DNA of 64,000 nucleotides, taken from the NCBI GenBank assembly GCA_003707115.1, contig PPNB01000002.1, positions 434,001 through 498,000 of the forward strand, in the 5' to 3' direction. The notes under the pieces are model-generated. The model was not told the DNA's origin and did not search any database. It worked only from the letters and a program-made list of their open reading frames with translations. A program made the translations under genes and the position numbers. Origin of the DNA: Tortispora ganteri (lineage: Eukaryota). Numbering within the stretch: the stretch's first letter is position 1; the number at the start of each line of letters is the position of its first letter. Below, one piece after another: positions 55,851 through 64,000 of the stretch.

Positions 55851-56569
55851 GGTACAGGAAAACTCGTGACTGAGTGTGACTGACCTATGTTGTTCGCAGC
55901 TTTTATTCCTCTGTGCATTTGCACATCCACTTACACACTTATACATTCAGACACCACACACACACAAATACGAAATGAACATACGAATGATGATCTTGAT
56001 TGATTTTTCTTTGCTTTTGTTCTACGAAAAACATAATATGGGGTCCCTGTTTTCGCTGGGTTACGTTTGCGAAATAGAGACAATTTTTGCTATGATCTTG
56101 TACACTACTTGTGACCATTACATGTACGTCACGAAACAGAAGAAAAAAACTTTTTATAATGATATATTCACACATATGACTCGCATTAACGTAGTTTGCT
56201 AGTCCAATGAGTACCTAATACATACCTAATGATACCGAAAAGTACAAAAACCCCAATGAGTCCATTATGCGGAAGAGCGATGAGGATACTCAATGCTCTA
56301 AGTCTGCGCCGTAAACGGTCACGACACCCGAAATTCTCGAAGAAGCGTGACCTTAACAATTTTCTTTTATACTGCCGGCTTGCAGAGATGCGTTTTCGTC
56401 TCAGTTACAATGTACATACGATTCAATCCAAAACTAGCGAAAGAACGATAATAGCCTATTGTGTTAGATTTATAAACCGTTAGTGAAAACAAAACAACTT
56501 ACTATAAACACAATATACTGCTTAACTTACTATGGGGGACACATTCCGATCCACTGATTCACCAACTGC

Positions 56570-57640
56570 TCAAATACCCCGGATCTACTGAACAGCAGCT
56601 ATCACGTCGATATCCGCCTGGAACGCCAAACTAAGCTGCTGAGTATTGTCAGGCCAAACAGACGGAGAGACTAAAACACGTATCGGATACCACATGTCGC
56701 TCTGAACAAAAGCGTGGTTAATATTCCAGGTATCGCTTCCGGCAGGTGCAGATGCACTGTACCCTTCGGTGCCTATTTGGACGATATTCGTACATGTCAT
56801 GGCATTAGTTCCGACAAAGACATAGAGCATACTTTCCGTTATAGTTCCGTTAGGCTGTGATATGCTTTCCAATACGTTCGGGCCTTTTATGTAAAACATC
56901 ACTTCGAGTATAGCTGGTTCTCCTGATCTTAGAGCTATTATCTGCCCTTCGCTGACTACAAGCCGTTTTCCAGAGTTAACGCGGGTTCTGTAGGCTGCCT
57001 CAGCAATCTCCTCTGCTGAATATTCTTCGGTATCGCGGAAGTAGTACTCTGCAAAAAGAATTCTACCGGGAGTTCCTAATGGTTGTTCAGCGCAATAAAC
57101 CCCGGCATCCTAGGAAGAGCTAGACACGCTAGATGAGCTGGAAGAGCTTTCAGAACTAGAAACATCTGAACTTTCAGAGCTAGATGAGATCTTTGAATAA
57201 GAAGAACTCAATACCTCTGAGCTAACAGAACTTGTGAGACTAAGCGAAATAGTATGAGTAACCAAGCTGCTTGATTTAGTCGAGTTCACATAGATAGATG
57301 AGTCCGTTGAACTTGATATAGAATGAGAACTAACATGACTAAAGGAGCTAAATGAAGTTTCAGGGTTCACTGAGCTAACTGAGCTTGTAGAACTCTGTGC
57401 TAATTCACCAACGATATCATATTAGCCAGTTATATCAACAAATAGTGGTCCAACTTGTCGTTTTCTACCATTCTCAATAGTATGTAGAACAACTATTCTT
57501 ATCGGATACCATTGACCGGTGAAATTCAGGTTAATATTCCAACCGCCGTCCAAGTATCCTTGATATACTTGCCCTCCAGAACCAATCTCTTTTATATCAT
57601 TGCATGACATTGCAGACTGGCCATTAAAAATATATATCAC
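56570..57640 (-). pseudogene. Stop-interrupted flocculin/adhesin-like gene: two PA14/GLEYA-like segments separated by a Ser-rich linker
   Basis: One continuous reading frame broken by TAA (57424-57422), TAG (57112-57110) and TAG (56587-56585). The repeated motif Y(I/V)F.G..AM.C..I..IG...WNIN..F...WYPIR occurs twice. Confidence 0.7.
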
Positions 57641-58054
57641 TTAAAACTATCAAGCTTTTAGTATAAAAGAAAGTAAGGAAAAACTTAAAAAACCAAAACA
57701 CAGAAGGATTAGTTATATTAGAAAGGTGATGGTACAGGTCCTGTATAAAGATTGCTATTCAATTATATAGATTAGCAGTCTAGTTGGACTCATATGAAAG
57801 GGACTGATTGCAACATGTGTAAGTTTGGTGTACCTGTAAAATGATGAAAGTATAACTTTATGTTAAATAATTCATAACTTTATTAAAGGATCTATAATTT
57901 TGTAGGAGCAAAAATTACAATAAGCAGACTGGATACTGAAAATAAAGGCCTCAGATATCTGCAAATGGTAATTATATATCTTGATATGGAAATAAAATTA
58001 CAATGACATGATTTAAGCAACACTCTTTGCTAATGTGTAATATTTAAGCTCCAA

Positions 58055-58456
58055 TTAACAGACCCTGCGACCACTTTCCAAATCGTAACGCTTATTTTGA
58101 ATTTGTTCCTTACTCAATTGACTACCTGTAGCAAGTGATTCGCCTAAAGATACAATATCAGCACTTCTACGACTCCACTCCTTCCAGAACTTATCAGATG
58201 TAGCGATCTTTGTATCGCTGACTGATGACAGTAGGATGTCGTAGGTGCTTTGAAGAATTTTGTGATGGTTCTTGTAATTTTGCAATTCGTCGCTGGACAT
58301 TTCAGAAGATTTTTTGGGGTCATCGATTGTCTTTGCAATAGTGCGCATAACGTTTGTCAAATATGCAAAACATCTTGCACGAGCATCGATATCGTCGTCG
58401 TTTGTGTATCCTGCTTTTTCCCAGAACTTATCTGAATTTATCGAAAATGCGCCCAT
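58055..58456 (-). CDS. Uncharacterised protein, ARxRC/FWxxW family member 4 (minimal domain, 133 aa)
   Basis: DIDARARCFAYL...FWKEWS...YDLESGRR. Confidence 0.75.
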   Translation of the reverse strand: MGAFSINSDKFWEKAGYTNDDDIDARARCFAYLTNVMRTIAKTIDDPKKSSEMSSDELQNYKNHHKILQSTYDILLSSVSDTKIATSDKFWKEWSRRSADIVSLGESLATGSQLSKEQIQNKRYDLESGRRVC

Positions 58457-58770
58457 TGCTAATCAAAAATAAAGCCGCTTATAATTTTAGCAATAGTGAA
58501 TAAGGGCAATTTGGACTCTTATTAAATGATTATGACGAAAGCAGGGAGGGGGCTTGGCCGTTAGCGATATCGGCTTTAAAGGGCTATGTTTTAGTAGTAT
58601 AATATGTTGGTATAGCAACTTAACTGTTTTAAGTTAAAGAAGGACGGTATAATTGGTTGAATTAGCACTTAAAGTTCGGTAGAAACAACGTTAAGCCTCT
58701 TTTGTGTAAATATAGTGTCATTTCGTCGTAACATAATCGTAATATATCCATATAAATCAGTAGTTCGTAA

Positions 58771-59970
58771 TCATTGCCTTCGTCTATTGGTCATATCTGA
58801 GGTGCGGAGCTTAAATTCTCTCAGTTCACCAGTCTGATCAAGTGCTCTGTTCCAATTGCCCCAACCCGGTAGTCTAACGACCATGCATGTAGCATTGTCG
58901 TCGCCGCCGATTGCTTCTATATACTTCACTATATCCTGTGCCGCACGCTGCGGTGTACCTTGACGAGCACCAAGCTGTTCGTATGTGGAATAGACAATGT
59001 CTACAATTTCCTGATCAGAAGCCATCCCAGTAACGCCGTCGCTCACTAACACGAGAAATGCATTTTTGTTCTCGTTCGGCGAAATAGTCATTTGCGTGAT
59101 TTCTGGTTCCGCAGAAACGCCCATACGTTTCATACGTTTGTCGCCAAACGCCCTTGTGACCGCAACTATTCCGAACCTTTCTTCTCCGAACGAATCCGTG
59201 AAGATGTTTGTTGCGTATCGTCGAATGCGATGGCTCTCATCAGGAGAGGAAGGATGATGATCGCGAGTCAGCGCATGAGCGTTTCCTTCGCGATCAGCAA
59301 TGATACAGCGTGTGTCGCCAACATGACCTACAACGAGGCTAGATGTGGCTTCCGGACTCCAATAGGGGATTTCCGGGTTATGCGAATACAGGTAGGCAGC
59401 AGTGCATGTAGATCCACATGGCTTGCTTTGCTCTATAGTGTATTGGTAGTCTGCCGTCAGGTAAGAAAGTGGAAGTCTATACGCGAGATCGTCAGTCGCA
59501 GATACGTCCTGGTAGCATTTCTGTAAGGCACCAATTCTACGGCGCCAGTATCCGCCTACAGAATCGGCGTACTTTTGTTCTAAGTCAGCCGCCGAACCGA
59601 GATCACAGTTCTCTACGTACTCGGCAAGATGATTCGCAAGGAACTCTGAGCACTGGTCGCCACCGTGCCCATCATATACTGCAAAACAAAAGACATTATT
59701 TGTACCAGGATGACCTTGACGCTGCTTTTTGGGCAGGAAAGAGGTCATTGCTGGTAGCGTCAATAGCGATGCACTATAGCGATCTTCGTTCCGTGGGCGA
59801 TCCATGCGAGAGGTGAAATGGCCAATATAGCTGGGTACTTGCAATAAATTCAGTCGTAAAGTCACAGAAGCGCCAGATTTAGGCACACTCGAAGTAACAT
59901 AGTAAGAACTCACGCTTCTGCGGGCCGTATTGAAAGAAATATGACTTAGTGGTTTTCTAATGTGTACCAT
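58771..59970 (-). CDS. PTC6: Mitochondrial PP2C phosphatase (Ptc6-like)
   Basis: RPRNEDRY, VYDGHGG, GST, HVGDTR, LTRDHHP, DSFGEERF..TRAFGD, LVSDG, DNAT; N-terminal presequence. Confidence 0.88.
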   Translation of the reverse strand: MVHIRKPLSHISFNTARRSVSSYYVTSSVPKSGASVTLRLNLLQVPSYIGHFTSRMDRPRNEDRYSASLLTLPAMTSFLPKKQRQGHPGTNNVFCFAVYDGHGGDQCSEFLANHLAEYVENCDLGSAADLEQKYADSVGGYWRRRIGALQKCYQDVSATDDLAYRLPLSYLTADYQYTIEQSKPCGSTCTAAYLYSHNPEIPYWSPEATSSLVVGHVGDTRCIIADREGNAHALTRDHHPSSPDESHRIRRYATNIFTDSFGEERFGIVAVTRAFGDKRMKRMGVSAEPEITQMTISPNENKNAFLVLVSDGVTGMASDQEIVDIVYSTYEQLGARQGTPQRAAQDIVKYIEAIGGDDNATCMVVRLPGWGNWNRALDQTGELREFKLRTSDMTNRRRQ

Positions 59971-60389
59971 GTCCGTAGTGTATTAAGCAGCTCTTTTTGG
60001 CCCAAAAATAAAAAAAAAAGCGCACTAACATACACTATACACTAAAGCAAGCTATTTTTTATAATACAGAAGCGCACTTTCCGACAATAAAACCACAAGA
60101 ACAGACGCTCTGGAACGAGCCAGAAGAATAAAAGAAAATGAGGTGTTGAAAGGGTGGGGTTTAATGGGTGGGTTTAAAAGCGTGAACGCTCGGAATACCC
60201 AACAGTATCAATGAAGCTCTATTATTGGTTAATGACTGGGAACGCTCTGAATTAAATAAGGCTTGCGGGGGAGGGGGAGATCCAGCTTTCACCATTTACA
60301 CCTATTTGGCGGCTATTTTAACTACATTCAAGAATAAGCAACTAAAGCAATTGGCAATTTCCTTTTAAATCTCTAGATACAAGGTTATA

Positions 60390-63300
60390 ATGCTTGAAGG
60401 ATTAGTAGCATCGATCTTGAATAACGTGTTGGTAAGTTTGATCGCAATTGTGCAAATGACCTCAGTGTGGCTAACATAACTTTAGGGCGCCTACGTCAAG
60501 AACTTCGACCCAAAACTTCTCAACATTGGAATATGGGGCGGAGATGTGTCGTTGAAGAGACTTGAGTTAAAAAAGGAGGCTCTAGATGAATTAAGACTAC
60601 CTCTAGATGTTGTTGAGGGTTATCTCGGCTCTCTTACGCTCCAGATACCCTGGTCGAGTCTCAAGACGAAACCTGTACGCATCAACATTAAGGATGTATA
60701 TTTGCTTGCTCTACCTAGAGTTAACTTGCCATATGACGCAGAAGAAGAAGAGAAGCGTGCACAAAAGTTGAAACTTGACAAGCTGAATACGTATGAACTT
60801 TTGCATGCACAGCAAGATCATTCTGCTGACATGTCAAAGGAAGAGCAACGCAAAAACGAAAGCTTTTTACAGTCTTTAACAAACAAAATTATTGACAATT
60901 TGCAGGTGTCTATTGAGAATATTCATATCAGATACGAAGATGACATATCCGCGCCAGACCATCCTTTCTCAATTGGTGTTTCCCTGTCAGAATTATCAGC
61001 TGTAACTACTGACCGCAATTGGATCCCGAACACTGCACAGACACTCACAGATATTACTTACAAACTCTCAAAACTAAAGCATTTAAGCATATATTGGAAC
61101 ACAGATACGCAGTTTATAAAACGCGGTTCCTTTGAAGAATTCACTTCCAATTTCGCCTCTCTCATCAGCTCAGATTCCAACGCTCCTGAGGGATTAGATT
61201 ATATCCTCAAACCCGTCTCAGGAGTAGCTAGAATCATTCTTGATAAATCAAATGGCACAAATCGTCCCAAAGCACGAGTAAGACTCTTGTTCGAAGACAT
61301 CAGTATTGTCCTCGACGAATACCAGTACAGGGACAGTCTTTTGCTAGCTGATTTGTTCCATGTATTCATGAGAACCCAAAAATTCCGCAAACTCCGACCA
61401 AAAGCTTCCAAAACTGAAGATCCTAAGGCGTGGTTTGCGTATGCTGCTAAAGCCGTGTATAATGAAATCCACGCGCGAAATGAAGTTTGGACCTGGGAGT
61501 ATATGCAAGCTCGACGAGAAAAACGAAAGACGTACGTAAAACTATTTCAAGGCAAACTCCTTGAAAATTTAACTTCTGAAGACTCGGTTAAATTAGATCA
61601 GTTGGAGTTTGAACTTTCATATGATGACATTCGACTCTACAGAACTCTTGCAAGAAATCAGCTTAAACAACAACAAATTTCTATAAAACCGACAGAACAA
61701 AAGAAACAAACTGCTGCAACCTCTTGGTCTTCTTGGCTCTGGGGATCAAGTTCTAGCGAAACTCCTGGACAGAAGTCTGCCGATTCTGAAGCAGGTCAAA
61801 TCGTTGTGGGCGATACCGTTATTACTGAAGAGCAACGGAAAGAATTTTATGAAGCAATCGAATGGGATGAAAGAAAGGCTATGGCTGACATTGAACATAT
61901 TCCAAGAGATTATGTACGCTATCAGCTACATTTGGAGCTTACTGCCGGAGGATTTACCTTATTAGCCGACCCACATAATGCCAGACAGGAAGTTGCCTCA
62001 ATATCCTTTGATACTTTCAAATCTACAATATTAGTTCGCCCCGATTCCTTTTTGTTTGGAATGAGTTTAAAGGAGTTTACTATTATGGATGGAACTACAC
62101 CAAATTCTCTATATTCGAAGATGGTTCGGTTGAACAAGTCTTATGAATCTGGAACGTCGTCTCACGAGGTCGAATCTCGTTTATCTTCTGTCCGTGAAAC
62201 TGCCTATTTTGATGAAGAAGAGGACGAAGAAGACGTGAAAGATCCATTAGATGAGGATGACTTACTGGAAAATGAACCTTTCTTTCAATTCTCCTTAGAG
62301 CAAAACCCTCTCGATGAGTTATCTGATTCTAAAATTGCTGCAAAAATCCGGAGCGTCGAACTGTTTTATAATCCCCATTTTGTTGAGGAAATTGTGCACT
62401 TTTTCAAGCCCCCAAAGAAGCATATGGAGACCATTGGAGCTCTCTTACATGCTGCTTCTGCTACAGTAGAAGGCATTACTAACCAGACAAGAGCAGGTCT
62501 CGAATATGCTTTACAAGAACATAAAACTGTAAGTGCAAAACTGGATATCCAAGCTCCGGTGATATATATTCCTCAGGATATCACAGACAAAAACTCTTCT
62601 TGTTTAGTATTCAATATTGGCCATGTTTATGTTGGAAGCTCGTTAGCGAATAAAGAAACATTGAAAACTATTCAGGCTAAACAAAACAAGCAATATAATG
62701 AACAAGATTGGAAGCTGCTGGAAGAGGCAATGTACGATCGGTTTAATTTACTGCTGAATTCTACAGAAATTCTCATTGCCCCTAGCCACGAACTTGCTAT
62801 TGCTAGCCTGTCAGAATTGCAGTCTAAATACAGTTTGCTGGATAAAATATCTATTAATTTGCTTTTGGCAGTTTCAATTATGCCATCTGCTGCCAACCTC
62901 ACTCGCGTTAAGATGTCCGCGAACCTTCCTGAACTGAAAGTAAGATTCTCGGATTGGAAGTATCATGCCCTAATGGAAATTATCAACGCATCAATTCCTC
63001 AGTTTGCTGATGAAAGTACTCCAAACGAATTACTCGCGGTTACAGAGGCTAACACGCCCAATGAACTTATTGATGATGATTTACAAACACCTTTTGACTT
63101 TGCTACGAATGATTCCACTGCGCTTGGTGATGCTATGCTTGCAAAACTACGTGGGGAAGACGTCTCAAGTGAAGTTGTTCCTGAAAGCAATGCCATTGTA
63201 TCGTCAGCCGACTTATACAAGCAAGGACAATTTGAATTTAGTTTCATTGTTGAGAAAGTGTCATGCATTGTTTCTCGTGAGTCTTTTGCTCCTGAAGAGA

Positions 63301-64000
63301 AGCACCATTTGCTTGCAAGCTTAGAACTGTCAAGGTTTGAGCTTTTATTTACGAAGAGGCAATTTGATATGAGTGCGAATGTAACACTGAGATCACTGGT
63401 TGTATTTGACCATCAGAATGGATCTGTTGATAACCGATCACACACACTTATTAGCTCATATGATACTAATGGAACCGATAACAGTGATGAAGCATTATTC
63501 ACTGTTAGTTACACTAAAATCGAAAAGGATCATCCAGAATATATATCTGGATATTCTGGTTTTGACCAAATCGTGGATTTATCACTGTCCACACTAAACT
63601 TTACGATAACAAGAAGCAGTGTTATTGAACTTTTCTCATTTCTTTTAGCTACGTTTGTTGATGGCAACAAACCGCCTGAAAATGATGAGCCTAAAAATGA
63701 GCTCACGAATACGGATGTTTCTGTCGAACCAAGTGAAGCAGAAGAAGAATCACGACTAAAACTTGAGCTGCAACTTTCGGGTATTAGCATAGTATTTGAC
63801 GACGATGGTAACAAACTTGCTACTTTGTCTCTTTCTAAGGCGGGTGTAAGTGTAACATTGGCCGGTGATGCTATGCGAGTCGAAGCAAAGCTTGGAAGGT
63901 TTTATCTTGAAGACAATTCTTTTTCGAACTTAACGAAAGAGAACCAGGATTTAAGAAAGTTGATTTTTATCGATGGTGATCAGTTAGCTGATTTTAAGTA
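60390..64000 (+). CDS. VPS13: Vps13 lipid-transfer protein, N-terminal part (exon 1 60390-60431, exon 2 from 60486; runs off the window)
   Basis: Intron 60432-60485 (GTAAGT...GCTAAC...TTTAG) gives [43 protein letters not shown], the chorein-N motif, followed later by IIDNLQVSIENIHIRYED. Confidence 0.97.

Noticed and set aside
55665..56483. Short ORFs downstream of family member 3
   Set aside because: Low-complexity 3' UTR-like sequence (AC repeats) with no motifs.
56570..57640. RIP-like C-to-T mutation as the cause of the adhesin stop codons
   Set aside because: Every stop codon is formally one C-to-T change from a Gln or Arg codon, so this is not evidence without an intact paralog for comparison.

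Overview
Gene-dense fungal (budding-yeast-like) nuclear DNA with short GT-AG introns (45-81 nt, mostly GTAAGT donors and CTAAC branch sites). The gene content and intron style suggest an early-diverging Saccharomycotina species (inference). Most of the window is conserved housekeeping genes: SAE2/CtIP (partial), COX5, GCN5, OST5, RAD17, RanBPM/VID30, an intron-containing tRNA-Ile(AAT), DSS1, an MCH1-like MFS, an FLC/TRP-like channel, UGP1, a peroxisomal zeta-crystallin, TMEM170, STI1, a peroxisomal acetoacetyl-CoA synthetase, PAC1/LIS1, MDP1, BLM10, UTP14, an ING/PHO23 protein, IES1, MAK11, DED1, KGD1, EAF1, PTC6 and VPS13 (partial). Several of these are missed or mis-started by the ORF track because of introns. 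Highlights: (1) an accessory island at about 50.5-58.5 kb with four highly diverged paralogs of an uncharacterised domain (DxxARxRC...FWxxW...L[ED]xGR), interleaved with a small secreted Ser/Thr protein and a frame-intact, stop-interrupted PA14/GLEYA-like adhesin; (2) an MDP1 gene that needs a 2-nt micro-exon and a distal tandem acceptor; (3) a gene-free stretch at about 26.0-26.7 kb with two different tandem repeat arrays; (4) shared CCTCGG and GGGGTAAA promoter elements in the two genes ending in SKL. No transposons or CRISPR arrays were seen. All calls come from reading the sequence; no database searches were run.
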